This document shows positions 11,852-22,512 of a DNA stretch of 64,000 nt, piece after piece. Made by a program: the position numbers and the translations under genes. Source of the DNA: Podarcis pityusensis (lineage: Eukaryota); NCBI GenBank assembly GCA_964106645.2, contig CAXKZF020000230.1, one strand, 5' to 3'. The notes under the pieces are model-generated. The model was not told where the DNA came from and searched no databases. It worked only from the letters and a program-made list of their open reading frames with translations. Numbering within the stretch: the first letter of the stretch is position 1; each line of letters starts with the position of its first letter.

Positions 11852-12271
11852 TCACAAACTCAGAAAGAGGGCTGGGTCGACGTCAAAGAATCTCCCAAGC
11901 TTTTTAGCAACCTCGACGCTGATACCGCGCTTACCAGAGAGCATGGCGCTAAGGGTTCCCTGAGTTGCGACTCCGGCCTTAGCAAGTTGGTATTGGCTGA
12001 CGCCGCGCGCCTCCATGTAATGCGCGAGCACATCTTTAGGCGGCGCGCTAGCCTCTTTGAGTTCCAGCTCATGCTGACGCTCATATTGATCCATGTAGCC
12101 GGTCACAATGTCGAACAACACTGCGTACTTGCCCGCCTCGACGTTGCGGGTGTCGATGAGGTAGTCGGCAAGCTCTTTGAGTTCGAGGTACTCGCCTTCG
12201 CTGGTGGGTCGCTCGAGCGGTGCCTGCTGGTAAAAGGTGTCCCATGCGTCAGCAACGGTGTATGCGCTCAT
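11852..12271 (-). CDS. higA: HigA-like HTH antitoxin
   Basis: XRE HTH (VSQYQLAKAG...SAMLSGKRGIS...LGRFF); follows HigB. Confidence 0.85.
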   Translation of the reverse strand: MSAYTVADAWDTFYQQAPLERPTSEGEYLELKELADYLIDTRNVEAGKYAVLFDIVTGYMDQYERQHELELKEASAPPKDVLAHYMEARGVSQYQLAKAGVATQGTLSAMLSGKRGISVEVAKKLGRFFDVDPALFLSL

Positions 12272-12579
12272 TCCGGTTTCCCCCTTTTGTTCCACTTCGT
12301 GTATTCAGCGTGCGTCATCACGTGGCGGATGTAGACGCGCTGCGCGGTGTAGCTGATAAACGTCATGAGCCTAAAGTTGTTGCCGCCGACGTTAAAAATT
12401 GTCAGTGTGTTGCCGCTGTCGGTCCTGGCGAGGTCGGCGGTTGGGAAGTCGGCACGTACTTCGTTCAGGTTCGCGTAACTGGCTTTTTGCATCGCCCGGA
12501 GCCACACCCGTAGCGGAACTTCGGCTTGGTCGTGCCCTTCCCAGAATTCGCGGAGGGTGCGGGGGGCGATGACGTTCAC
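12268..12579 (-). CDS. higB: HigB (RelE-family) toxin
   Basis: VIAPRTLREFW, FPTAD, IFNVGGNNFRL, VMTHAEY. Confidence 0.92.
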   Translation of the reverse strand: MNVIAPRTLREFWEGHDQAEVPLRVWLRAMQKASYANLNEVRADFPTADLARTDSGNTLTIFNVGGNNFRLMTFISYTAQRVYIRHVMTHAEYTKWNKRGKPE

Positions 12580-12581
12580 AA

Positions 12582-12629
12582 GACACTATAGCGCATATTG
12601 CCATATATGGCAATATGCGCTATAGTGTC
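12582..12629. promoter_or_regulatory. 48-bp perfect palindrome over the higBA promoter
   Basis: GACACTATAGCGCATATTGCCATA|TATGGCAATATGCGCTATAGTGTC; TATAGT box lies 5 nt before the higB GTG. Confidence 0.8.
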
Positions 12630-12916
12630 GGTAAGCGCAGGGCATCAGTGGCATGCACTTGTCGTGAAGTCGCTAAAGACATTGAGCGGACGGTCTCCGA
12701 AGCTCTCCGCGCGTCTGAAGTCTAGAGTTATCGAATCCCGGCCCAAACGCTGCATAACCGAGGTTCAAACTTCGCTACGATACTCCTCCCTACCGCGCTG
12801 CAGCACGCACAACTAAAAGTAAAAGTCGGTGCCTTACACCTTGCCGACAGTGACTGCGCTAGAAGGAAACCAGCATGTCTATTAGCGGTAGCTTTTGGTA
12901 AGACGGTTTTGAATAT

Positions 12917-13564
12917 TTACTGAGGTTTACACAAGAGTCGATTGAACTGCACTAAGGCGTTGGTTGCCTCTTCCTGTGAGAATTTCAGGAGGTTGCCCCG
13001 CGAACGAGGATCCAGGGCAACTTGCGCGAGCCCCGGTCCTAGAGCCCGGGCGGAGATGACTGCTTCGTGGATGTTCACGTCGTTACGTAAGATGCCTTGC
13101 GTTTTGGCAGCTTCGAGCGTTGTGGTTAGAGAATCGCGGATGTACGCTCCTGCCGAAGTCGTTTTTGCTTTTTCAGGGGAAGCGGTGGTTTTTAAATTTT
13201 GCATTTCGAGGAGCGTAAAGCGTTCAGGATTGGCGAAAATCCAGTTCATGTAACTTCGGGCGAGGGTCTCAAGCCGCTCGAGGAGGTGATTTTCGGGTAC
13301 TTGTTCGAGCTCGTTCTTGATGGCTTGTTGGAGTTGTTCGGCCGATTGGGTGCAGATTGCCGTAAAAAGTTCATCTTTGGTCTTGAAGTGGTTGAAGGGG
13401 GCGCTCGAGGAGACACCCGCTCGTTTGGCTGCCTCGCGTAAGGAGACTTTCCCTATACCTTGCTCCTCGATCAGCTCGAGCGTGACGTCCATGAGTGTCT
13501 GCGCGAGGTTGCCGTGATGGTAAGGTTTGTGTGCTGGTTCATCGTCCTTTGAGGTGCGCGTCAT
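12917..13564 (-). CDS. TetR/AcrR regulator
   Basis: YHHGNL, SLREAAKRAGVSSSAPFNHF; repeated CA(C/T)TGCT(C/T)ATAT boxes upstream (about 13623-13695). Confidence 0.92.
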   Translation of the reverse strand: MTRTSKDDEPAHKPYHHGNLAQTLMDVTLELIEEQGIGKVSLREAAKRAGVSSSAPFNHFKTKDELFTAICTQSAEQLQQAIKNELEQVPENHLLERLETLARSYMNWIFANPERFTLLEMQNLKTTASPEKAKTTSAGAYIRDSLTTTLEAAKTQGILRNDVNIHEAVISARALGPGLAQVALDPRSRGNLLKFSQEEATNALVQFNRLLCKPQ

Positions 13565-14014
13565 GGTGTGTAGGCAAGTTTACCATCAACGATTCCTAGC
13601 CTATCCTTAAGCTATGTGTTATCATTGCTCATATTATAAGCACTGCTCATATCCCTCACATTCTCACAGAATAATAATGTTCTCACTGCTTATATCTGTG
13701 ATAGGAGGTCAACCAGCCCAGCACCCTTGAGGAAAGCCCGATTGCCTTGTTAGACAAAGGCGCGTTGCCTGAGTGTGGAACGCCCGACCCTAGAACCAGC
13801 GCCACCCAGCGTATCGGCGGCGCGTGGCTATCGCGTCAGGAGCTGCCGGTTCTGGCGGTGCCGAGCGCGCTGCAGTTTGAGCGTGAGTAGCTCAATGACC
13901 TCGTTAATCCGCAGCACCCGACGTTTGCAGGAGGCGCGTCGGGGAGGCGCACGCCCACGACGGGAACTCATGCCTCAAAAGGCTGAAGGAATACCCCAAG
14001 CGTTGTCATGCCCC

Positions 14015-14995
14015 CTAAGGCAGTAACTTGTTGGTATAGAGGCTGGCAAGCTCAAGCTCGCGCACAACCTCTCCAGCGGTGTTGGTCATCGCACCGGCGT
14101 CCAGCAGAAACTGCGGGTAGCCACCCTCCCAGTATTCAGCCTTTTGCTCTCCCCAGGCCTGTCCCTTAGGGATGTAGTAGGGCGAAACGAAAGCTTGCGA
14201 AGCGCGCACAAGCACCTCATCCAAAATGGTTCCTGCATGCTTCTGGGCTTCCTGGATAAAGAGCGTAGCAGCTTCATTGGGATACTCGGCAGCGTAGGTG
14301 TACCCCTTGGTCGTCGCATCCAGAAACGCCCGCAGCGCTTCGCTGTTTTCACGAATGCCTGCGGGACTTGCGGTAAAAACAGGCGTGTAGTAGTCGGGAA
14401 CGCCGTAATCTTTGAAGTTGAAAAAGCGCATGGCAACCCCTTCCCGTTCAGCCAGCACGCCCTGCCAGCCCCGGAAGATCCAGGCAAAGTCCACCCGCCC
14501 GGCCAGGAGCGCGTCGAAGCCCGAAACGGCAAGCTGCACGCCACGAAACTCGCCCTTACCCCCATCGGCGCGAATGACGGTAGCGATAACTGGCTGTTCG
14601 TAGCGCGCGCCGAAGGCGGCGTGGGTGGTGCCATCGAGTTCACGGGGCCGGGTGATGCCGGAATCCTCACGGACCGCGAGGGCTGCGGTATTTGTAGACA
14701 TAATAGCGGCGATAGAAACGACCGGCTCACCGACAGCCGCCGCGCTCAGCACGCTCTCGGTACCGGAAATCCCTACCTCGGCGCGTCCACTGGCGACGAG
14801 CTGGCTGGGAGAGATGCTGCCGAAGGGCAAGAGCTGCAGGTCTACCCCGGCCTCGTCGTACCAGCCCTTAGCGAGGGCAACGTAGACCCCGGTATGGTTA
14901 GTGTTGGGTGCCCAGTCGAGGGCGAGGTGAATGGGATGCTGAGCACTCGCAAGGGCGGCAGCGAGCAGGGTAGCCAGGATCAGAAAGACCTTCAT
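14015..14995 (-). CDS. NMT1/THI5 (ThiY-like) thiamine-precursor ABC substrate-binding protein
   Basis: Signal peptide, LDWAPNTNH, YGVPDYY; lies downstream of a TPP riboswitch. Confidence 0.9.
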   Translation of the reverse strand: MKVFLILATLLAAALASAQHPIHLALDWAPNTNHTGVYVALAKGWYDEAGVDLQLLPFGSISPSQLVASGRAEVGISGTESVLSAAAVGEPVVSIAAIMSTNTAALAVREDSGITRPRELDGTTHAAFGARYEQPVIATVIRADGGKGEFRGVQLAVSGFDALLAGRVDFAWIFRGWQGVLAEREGVAMRFFNFKDYGVPDYYTPVFTASPAGIRENSEALRAFLDATTKGYTYAAEYPNEAATLFIQEAQKHAGTILDEVLVRASQAFVSPYYIPKGQAWGEQKAEYWEGGYPQFLLDAGAMTNTAGEVVRELELASLYTNKLLP

Positions 14996-14997
14996 GG

Positions 14998-15585
14998 CTA
15001 GGCGGCCCTACGGGTGGTTGAATTCGAGGGGCTGTTGGCGGCAAGGGTTGCGTGAATGACGATGTGCGCTGACGTCTCAGCCGCCCGGTCAAAAGCCGTG
15101 CGGAGCTGGCCCATGACCGCGCTGAGCGGTCCTTCGAGCCGCGTGCAGAAGTGTTGCGGCGTGACCTTGAGCCCAGCCGCTTCAGCCGCAGCGTGAATTT
15201 CGGCGTAAATGGCGTCCATATAGCCGCTGACACCGAGCGGATAGAGCGAGAACTGACAGGCAACCAGATGGTTACCGCCGGGAACCTCGAGCGGCTTCGT
15301 CTGCCGGCTGACTGTAGCGACGGGGTCGCACACATCCGCGCCAGGTTCACCGGGACAGCCACGAGACAAGAGCAGGCTGACGGCGACGTGCTCCTGAGTG
15401 TCTACAAAAGCGCCACAAACGCTTGTGAGCGTCTGAAAGAGTTCGTTCTCTTCACCCGAGAGGTAGGTCGAAACGTCGTCGGTCTCGCGCTCGAGCCGCG
15501 TTTTTTCAAGCGCCCCTAAAGAACCGAGGATAGTTTCGATAAAACCGTCGGACATCGCGTAGAGCGAAAACCGGGCACCGATCAC
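14998..15585 (-). CDS. ykoF: YkoF-family thiamine/HMP-binding protein
   Basis: Duplicated FSLY(A/P)(M/L) ferredoxin-like repeats, GCPGE, ANSPS ending. Confidence 0.88.
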   Translation of the reverse strand: MIGARFSLYAMSDGFIETILGSLGALEKTRLERETDDVSTYLSGEENELFQTLTSVCGAFVDTQEHVAVSLLLSRGCPGEPGADVCDPVATVSRQTKPLEVPGGNHLVACQFSLYPLGVSGYMDAIYAEIHAAAEAAGLKVTPQHFCTRLEGPLSAVMGQLRTAFDRAAETSAHIVIHATLAANSPSNSTTRRAA

Positions 15586-15685
15586 GACATAACACCTTGA
15601 GCGGAAACGAGTTGTAGCATATCAGCCCTCCCTGGTGGTGTCACCAAGAGGCTTGCCGAGCATTGTTGTGCTGGGAAACCGACTT

Positions 15686-15770
15686 GTCACGCTCCCTACG
15701 CCAGGATGAACTGGATCAGGTTCGGTGGGTTGAACGGGTGTTCTCTCAGCCTTACGGCACCCCTGGTGAC
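15686..15770 (-). ncRNA. TPP riboswitch
   Basis: Minus strand GTCACCAGGGGTGCC..GGCTGAGA..ACCC..GAACCTGATCCAGTTCATCCTGGCGTAGGGAGCGTGAC, upstream of ykoF. Confidence 0.96.
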
Positions 15771-16316
15771 TTACCCGACCATACCACAGCTAGGGTCCTG
15801 GCGTGTCTCCAGCGGGCTCGGTAAGCCAAAGCGGATGGACGCCCCAAGTCCTTCTTTCGTGAGGTTTATGCGGGTAGCATGGTGCATCCGTCGCACGCGA
15901 ATCCGGCCCTAGTTCACCTTTCGGACTCGACCACCCGCTAGGAGCTCATTATCCATCCCGCTTTTACTATCCAACTCACCCTCGAGATCAACCACGACAC
16001 AAAAAGCGAGGCCGACTCGACTTCTCCCCGCTCATTGCGTACGAAGATAGCGAGCGGCAGATAATCGTCGAAGCCCGTTCGCTGAATGTTCAAACTGTTG
16101 ATCTGGTCCTCGAGACTCTCGACGTCGATGGACTGGGGTGAAGACTCCACCTTAAGACTTTGGTCTAGCGGCACAGTGACCCCCTAAGTGAGGTTCATTC
16201 TAGAGCGCTGCTAGGTGAAGTAAGGCGCAGTCGCAGCCTGTCCGATAACGACCAGCTTCGTTTGACGTGAGGACTCGGCCTGAGCACCACGTCAATGCTA
16301 TGGTTGCCACGATCTA

Positions 16317-16960
16317 ATGACGCACTCCGAACCCCTTACCTCTACCCTCACCAGCCGTGAGCACTTCCGGGCTGCTGTGGGTGTCCTTACCCAAAGCTTC
16401 TACGATTCCCCGCAGTTTGTTGCTACCTGCCCCGATCCCCGCAGACGCAAGCGGGTTCTACCTATCTTCTTCGGTGTGGCGCTCCGCGACGCCCTTGCAC
16501 ACGGCTACGTCGACGTCATTCAGGAGCAAGAAGCTGTCGTAGCCCTTGCCCTGTGGTTACCACCGGGCAGCACAGAGATGATCCCAGTCCGGCAAGCACG
16601 TGCGGCTTTCTCCATGCTGCGTCTCGGGCTGATAGCCCCACGTGCACTACGTCGACTCGCCCACCTGGGCGCGAGCATCGACGCCTTGCACCCGTCTGAG
16701 CCACACGCCTACTTGCAAGGGTTGGCGGTTCACCCGAGTGTTCAGGGGAGGGGATACGGTTCACGGCTTCTGCTGCGTGGCTTAGGGCGTGCTGACGCTG
16801 AGGGGTGGCAATGCTAGCTGGAAACGATGACCGAGCGTAATGTCAGGCTCTACGAGCGGTTTGGCTTCCGGTTTATGCGCCAGCAGCATGAAATTCTGCC
16901 AGGTGGGCCACCGTTCTGGTTCATGTGGCGTTCTGGGCAGACCAAGGCCACAGGGCAGTA
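16317..16960 (+). pseudogene. GNAT acetyltransferase with in-frame TAG at 16815
   Basis: YLQGLAVHPSVQGRGYG; the frame continues after the stop as LET..RNVRLYERFGF. Confidence 0.8.
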
Positions 16961-16996
16961 ACGCCCTACCCGTCTCCAAGCCGCATTAGCGTAGTC

Positions 16997-17671
16997 TCAT
17001 GCCGACTTCTTTGTCGGGCGCTGAGTTTGAGTTAGAGAACGAAAGAGTTGCCGTTGCGTCAGGGGTGGGTGAGGAAGTTCGCTGGCATTCGACGCCCGCA
17101 GGCCATCTAAGATGAGCGCAAAGAACCTGCGCCACGCCTCAGGGGCTACCGCAGCAGTAGCCGCCACGATGCTGGAATTGCCCCACGCCACAAACGCTAG
17201 ATCTTCCGGTGTGATGTCCTGCCGCAACGTGCCTTGTACCTGCGCTCGACTAATAAGCTCTTGCATCTTTTCACGCAGCTCTACTCGACTGGCTTCAAGT
17301 TCGCGGTTCCCCGGAAGCGCGATGGTAAGAGCCTCCTTTAGACCAAGATCGCTAGCCTGCATTTCGGAAATACGCTCTAGATAGAAGCAGAAGCCCTGCC
17401 AAGCATCTTCGTAAAGAAGGGCTTCCGCTGCGGCTTGATGGCTCTGCTCGAACTCAGACGTAAATAATTCGGCCAAAAGCGCCTCGCGGTCAGGGAAGCG
17501 TCGGTAGAGCGTGGCGATGCCGACGCCCGCCTGAGCCGCTACGTCCTCCAAAGGTGCTGCTACGCCACGGGCAGAGAAAACGGCCCGGGCCGCATCGAGG
17601 ATTTTGGCGCGATTGTTTTCAGCATCTTTGCGTAGTTTGGTCCGCTCCTCTTTCACACCCCAATGTAGCAT
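16997..17671 (-). CDS. TetR/AcrR regulator
   Basis: RKDAENNR, VAAQAGVGIATLYRRFP; divergent from the redox operon. Confidence 0.92.
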   Translation of the reverse strand: MLHWGVKEERTKLRKDAENNRAKILDAARAVFSARGVAAPLEDVAAQAGVGIATLYRRFPDREALLAELFTSEFEQSHQAAAEALLYEDAWQGFCFYLERISEMQASDLGLKEALTIALPGNRELEASRVELREKMQELISRAQVQGTLRQDITPEDLAFVAWGNSSIVAATAAVAPEAWRRFFALILDGLRASNASELPHPPLTQRQLFRSLTQTQRPTKKSA

Positions 17672-17763
17672 AAATGAAGAGTACCCTCCGTTTTTGTGTT
17701 AGCGTATGGAATGTGGATAAAGACCTCCACTTTTGAAGAGTCTAAATCGAACGGAGCAACATC

Positions 17764-18615
17764 ATGAAAATCGGCATCAGCGGGGCAAGTGGACAACTCG
17801 GTCAGGCAACGGTAGCGGCACTCAAAGCACGAGTGCCCGAAGCGCAGATTATCGGCATCTCGCGTTCACCGGACAAGGTAAGCGCACTCGACATCGAGGC
17901 GCGCTTCGGCGACTTTGATCAGCCCGACTCGCTCACAGAGGCGTTCGCAAGTCTAGACCGACTGCTCATTATTCCCTCTGGCGACATGCGCCCCGGTGTT
18001 CGTGCAACGCAGGGACAAGACGCGATTCAGCATGCCACCGACGCGGGCGTCGAACATGTGGTCTACACCTCGTCGCTCGGCACGAGATACGCCGAAGTCC
18101 CACACCTCTGGCAGAGCTACTTCGTCCCCGAGCAGGCGCTCATGCGCACGGCTAAGAAGTGGACGATCCTGCGGATGGCCTACTACGCGGAGTCCTTCAG
18201 CGACGAGGCTGGGATGTCGTTGGCGCAGGGCGTCCACGCTTCTACGTCCAACACGCCCGTGAACTTCGTCTCGCGTGAGGACGTGGCAGCAGCGGCAGCG
18301 GGCATCCTCGCTAGTGACGGTCACAACGGGGCCATCTACCACGCGACCGGCCCAGCAGCGCTCGACGGTGCGTCCCGCGCCGCACTTGTCTCCGAAATCA
18401 CAGGCAAGAGCTTCGCGTTCGCCCCTGTGAGCGCTGAGCAGTACCGCGCGGGTCTCGAGGGCGCGGGCCTACCCCCCTTCGTTGTAGATGCGGTGCTCAG
18501 CATCCAGGACATGTGGGCGGTCGGCGGCTTCGACGTGACAACGGGTGACGTCGAACGGCTGGCAGGAAAACCACCCCGCTCGCTGGCTGAGGTCCTCGCG
18601 TCCCGGCTGGGATGA
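17764..18615 (+). CDS. NmrA/QorB-like NAD(P)H quinone oxidoreductase
   Basis: IGISGASGQLG, VSREDVA, TTGDVERLAG. Confidence 0.88.
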   Translation: MKIGISGASGQLGQATVAALKARVPEAQIIGISRSPDKVSALDIEARFGDFDQPDSLTEAFASLDRLLIIPSGDMRPGVRATQGQDAIQHATDAGVEHVVYTSSLGTRYAEVPHLWQSYFVPEQALMRTAKKWTILRMAYYAESFSDEAGMSLAQGVHASTSNTPVNFVSREDVAAAAAGILASDGHNGAIYHATGPAALDGASRAALVSEITGKSFAFAPVSAEQYRAGLEGAGLPPFVVDAVLSIQDMWAVGGFDVTTGDVERLAGKPPRSLAEVLASRLG

Positions 18616-18635
18616 CCTTGCAGGTCAAAGGAATA

Positions 18636-19691
18636 ATGATGATGGAAGCCAAAAAGTTTGAGCTCGGCGTCTACACGTTCGGCAACACCCCTCGTACCGC
18701 CGACGGTGGCTACGGCGCAACCGCCCAAGCGGTCCGCGACGTACTCGAGGCGGTTCACGTTGCCGAGCAGGTCGGTCTCGATTTCTTCGGCTTCGGCGAG
18801 CACCACACCCGCTCGATGCCGCTGTCGTCACCAACATCGCTTGTCAACGCGGCGGCAGCGTCCACTAAAACGATCAGGCTCGGGACGACGGTCACGGTGC
18901 TGTCCACTGACGACCCCATCCGGGTGTTTCAACAACTCGCTACCGCTGCGGCAATCGCGCCCGGTCGCATCGACCTCGTCGCCGGACGCGGCTCGTCGCC
19001 CGTCACGTTTCCGGTTTTCGACTTGGATGAGCGCGACTACGACATGCTCTACAGCTCCAAACTCGAGCTGCTGCTTGAACTCAACCGTCATGAACGGGTG
19101 ACTTGGAGCGGCCCGCACCGCCGCCGCGCACTCGAAGATGTGCACGTCGTTCCGCGCCCGGAGGAGCCGCTGCGGATCTGGCTTGGCACCGGGGGCAGCC
19201 CCGAATCGGTCATGCGCGCCGCCCAGCTCGGCCTACCTATGTTCCTTGGCATCCTCGGCGGGACGCCAGAGCACTGGGCGCAGTACGGACGCGCCTACCG
19301 CGAGGCCTGGGCTAGGTCTGGACACCTCAACAAACCTGCGGACATCGCCGTTGCCGTTCACGGCTTCGTCGCCGAGAACGAACGTGAAGCCAAGACAACC
19401 TACCTCGAGCACGAACTCCGCATGTTTGAAACGGGGATGGCAGAGATCGGCCGACCAGGGCGGGCACCCTCGGGCAGAGCAGCTGATCTCGAGCCAGGTG
19501 GAATGGTGTTCGCTGGCGGACCCGACGAGGTCGCCGACCGTATCCTCCACCTCCACGAACGCCTCGGTCACTCTCGGCAGATCCTGCAGATGGACGTCGG
19601 TGGCATGCCGCACGCGACCTTCCTCAAGGGCATCGAGCTGCTCGGCACCAGGGTCCTCCCCCAAATCCGAAAGGAGCTTAAACAGCGATGA
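18636..19691 (+). CDS. Luciferase-like (LLM) flavin-dependent oxidoreductase
   Basis: GEHH, TVLSTDDPIRVFQQ, GRGS, GTGGSPES. Confidence 0.92.
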   Translation: MMMEAKKFELGVYTFGNTPRTADGGYGATAQAVRDVLEAVHVAEQVGLDFFGFGEHHTRSMPLSSPTSLVNAAAASTKTIRLGTTVTVLSTDDPIRVFQQLATAAAIAPGRIDLVAGRGSSPVTFPVFDLDERDYDMLYSSKLELLLELNRHERVTWSGPHRRRALEDVHVVPRPEEPLRIWLGTGGSPESVMRAAQLGLPMFLGILGGTPEHWAQYGRAYREAWARSGHLNKPADIAVAVHGFVAENEREAKTTYLEHELRMFETGMAEIGRPGRAPSGRAADLEPGGMVFAGGPDEVADRILHLHERLGHSRQILQMDVGGMPHATFLKGIELLGTRVLPQIRKELKQR

Positions 19692-20344
19692 CCGACAAGA
19701 AGACGCTTCACGTCGCCGTGTTCGGCGCCAGCGGAAAGATCGGTCTGCACGTAGTCGACCAGCTCCTCGCCGTCGGCTACACAGTCACCGCCTACGTACG
19801 CAACCCCGCTAAGCTCACCCTCACGCACCCGAACCTGATGGTTGTCCAAGGTGAGCTCAACGACCCTTCCGGCGCGGCCCGGGCCGTCACCGGCGTCGAC
19901 GCCGTGATCAGCGCGCTCGGACCTACGCTGCGTCGGGGTGCGACTGGCACCCCGGTCACCGACGGCACCCGTAACATCGTAGCGGCGATGCAGATGTCCG
20001 GCATCCGCCGGTTCATCGGATTGGCAACCCCGGCCATCAGCGACCCTCAAGATCTCCCGACTTTCAAGGCAAAGCTCTTTCGGCTGATGCCGCGACTGGC
20101 GTTCCCCAACGCGCTGACCGAGCTCGTCGGGATGACCGAGGCCGTCACCAACTCGGACCTCGACTGGACAATCGCCCGCATCACCAGCCCGAACGACAGG
20201 CCGGCCAAGGGGACCATTCGATCGGGGTTCCTTGGGCGGGACAAGGTCCGCTCAGCCATGACGCGAGCGGACATTGCCGCCTTCCTCGTCCGCCAGCTCA
20301 CCGACGACAGCTACCGCCGCGCCGCACCCGCCATCAGCAACTGA
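19688..20344 (+). CDS. NAD(P)H-binding flavin reductase/BVR-B-like protein
   Basis: VFGASGKIG, SDLDWTIAR, TRADIA. Confidence 0.88.
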   Translation: MTDKKTLHVAVFGASGKIGLHVVDQLLAVGYTVTAYVRNPAKLTLTHPNLMVVQGELNDPSGAARAVTGVDAVISALGPTLRRGATGTPVTDGTRNIVAAMQMSGIRRFIGLATPAISDPQDLPTFKAKLFRLMPRLAFPNALTELVGMTEAVTNSDLDWTIARITSPNDRPAKGTIRSGFLGRDKVRSAMTRADIAAFLVRQLTDDSYRRAAPAISN

Positions 20345-20388
20345 GACACACTACCGTCGCGTCCCACACCGCAACCTAAGGAGAGACC

Positions 20389-20742
20389 ATGTTCATCGCG
20401 CTCGTCATTACTGCCGTCCTGCTCGCCCTGATGTGCGCCTCTTCCGCATTCATGAAACTCCGCAAACACGAGCAGGTCATCGCGATTATCAACGGCACCG
20501 TCGGCGTCCCGCTTCGCTACTTCCCTGTCTTGGCGTCGCTCGAACTCGCTGGTGCCGCCGGGGTCCTTGTGGGGCTATGGCTCGCACCGCTCGGCGTCGC
20601 AGCCGCAGCCGGCCTCGTCCTCTACTTCGTCGGTGCCGTCGCAGGCCACCTTCGTGTCGGGGACACTAAAAACTTCATGATGCCAGCGCCGCCGCTGGTG
20701 GTCTCTGTGACCGTGCTCGCCCTCCGGCTCGCGACTTTGTGA
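20389..20742 (+). CDS. DoxX-family membrane protein
   Basis: LELAGAAGVLVG, YFVGAVAGHLRVGD. Confidence 0.85.
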   Translation: MFIALVITAVLLALMCASSAFMKLRKHEQVIAIINGTVGVPLRYFPVLASLELAGAAGVLVGLWLAPLGVAAAAGLVLYFVGAVAGHLRVGDTKNFMMPAPPLVVSVTVLALRLATL

Positions 20743-20927
20743 CGGCGCGACTTTGTTGGCGCATCGCCTTCAGTGGCACAACTTTGTAAGACACCATTGG
20801 TGCCGTCTGACAAGCTTTGTAGGCATAAGCCGGAGCCCCATGCGACAAGAAGCATGAGCGCTCGGTGGCCTTACCAACGCCGTAGATGCTACGCAACCCG
20901 CTTGCCGGGAGCGTAACAGGATAGGCA

Positions 20928-21177
20928 CTAAACTTGTGATTTAACTGTTTGACCAGGGTAGTAGCGTAATGGATGGAGCTTTCAGCGCTCGAACAGCTAC
21001 GCGATTTTAGGCACGGCGTCCATGAACTTTGTTCTCACCGCGCTGACGCGCTCTGCGACGTTATCGATGGCGCGCTGAGCGCCGGGTTGGTGCCGAGTTT
21101 CGCTTACCTGAGCCTGCAAGCCGCTCATCAGCGGGGACACGGCAGCCTTTACGCGGCCCTGGCAAAGGGTCGAATGG
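20928..21177 (+). mobile_element. Left end and N-terminal fragment of an IS701/IS4-like transposase, cut by IS6
   Basis: RADAL...RGHGSLYAAL..G; end CTTGTGATTTAACTGTTTG. Confidence 0.75.
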
Positions 21178-22011
21178 GGTTCCGTCAACTTATTTTGGGT
21201 TGAGGTAGGCTGCTAAGATGTTCGCCTCAGCAGAGTGCCCCAAAGGTTACCGTTTCCCGAAGACCATCATCTCGTACGCCGTCTACCTCTACCACCGTTT
21301 TCTGCTTTCGTACCGGGACGTGCAGGAATTGCTGTTCGAGCGGGGTATCAACCTCAGCCACGAAACGGTACGGGTTTGGTGCGCCAAGTTCGGCCCTCAT
21401 ATGGCCGAGGCAGTACGTCGCCGTAACACGAGGCGTGGTCGGAGCTGGCATCTAGACGAAATGCGTGTCGTCGTTGGTGGATGTCGTCCGCTGGCTGTGG
21501 CGAGCCGTAAACGAACATGGCGAAGTCTTAGACGTGCTGCTACAAGAGAACCGTGATAAGGGAGCGGCCAAGCGCTTCTTTAGAAGGCTGATCGACGACC
21601 AGGAGCTACCTGAGCGGATCGTGACCGACGGACTTAGGAGCTACGGCGCAGCTCTCGAGGAACTGCCTGAATTAGGCGTGAGTGAACACGTCACCGTATC
21701 TGCGGCGGAGCGCCAGAATAACCTTATCGAGCAGAGCCACCGACCAACCCTAGAGCAGGAGCGGCAACAGCGAGGTTTTAGGAGCTCAAAACGTGCTCAG
21801 GGATTTCTGATGACCCACGCCGAAATTAACGGACTCTTCCCCTATGCTCGCGCTAGCACCACAGCGTGGTTACATCGGCAGATTTTGACACGCGGCTTCG
21901 CCTTATGGGCTGAACTGTCACAAGCTATCCCCTGATAAGCGTTCCTGCATAGCGACCTAACCGGATTTTCGTAGCTCGTGACCACGCCATCCAAAATAAG
22001 TTGACGGAACC
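21178..22011 (+). mobile_element. IS6-family element (transposase frameshifted)
   Basis: 20-bp IRs GGTTCCGTCAACTTATTTTG / CAAAATAAGTTGACGGAACC; GYRFP, WHLDE, NNLIEQSH; no target duplication seen. Confidence 0.93.
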
Positions 22012-22385
22012 ACTCGAGAACTACCTCCGGGCACTCGACGAGGCACTCGCCCGAGAGGACCCCTGGGAGGGGTTTCTCCTTTTTTCTCGAGCAGATGGGC
22101 CAGCTACAGGCATGCCATCCCGGCCTGTGCCACACCCCGTTCGTCGCGCTGCCGGGCGCGGAGCGCCTCGAGGAGGACCGCAAGCGGATGCAGCGCCTCC
22201 TCGGCGACCTGCTCGCCCGCGCCCAGCGTCACGGTGCCGTCCGCGCCGACGTCACCCCGCACGACCTGACGCTCGTCGCGCGGGGCAACGCGGGCATCAT
22301 CGCCAACAGCGCCAAGGCCGGATCGGACGACCTGAAGCGTTACCTCGACCTCATGCTGGACGCCTTCCGCGCGAACGCGCGGTAA
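22012..22385 (+). pseudogene. C-terminal remnant of a TetR regulator
   Basis: DPWEGF...RAQRHGAVRADVTPHDL...RYLDLMLDAFR, similar to the C-terminus of the 16997 TetR. Confidence 0.7.
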
Positions 22386-22512
22386 CGCCCGACCCGGCGA
22401 CGCCTCAGATGGTTGGGGGTGAAAGGGGGGTTGAGTAAACTTCTCGTGTTGCTGGCTGAAATTTCTTTCTGCTAGGACCATACGTTGCCGCTCGGTGACG
22501 GCGCTGGTTGCT

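Noticed and set aside
14144-15001. 285-aa plus-strand ORF and similar long shadow ORFs (e.g. 61965..62627)
   Set aside because: They are antisense to well-supported genes and have no recognisable motifs; typical of high-GC sequence.
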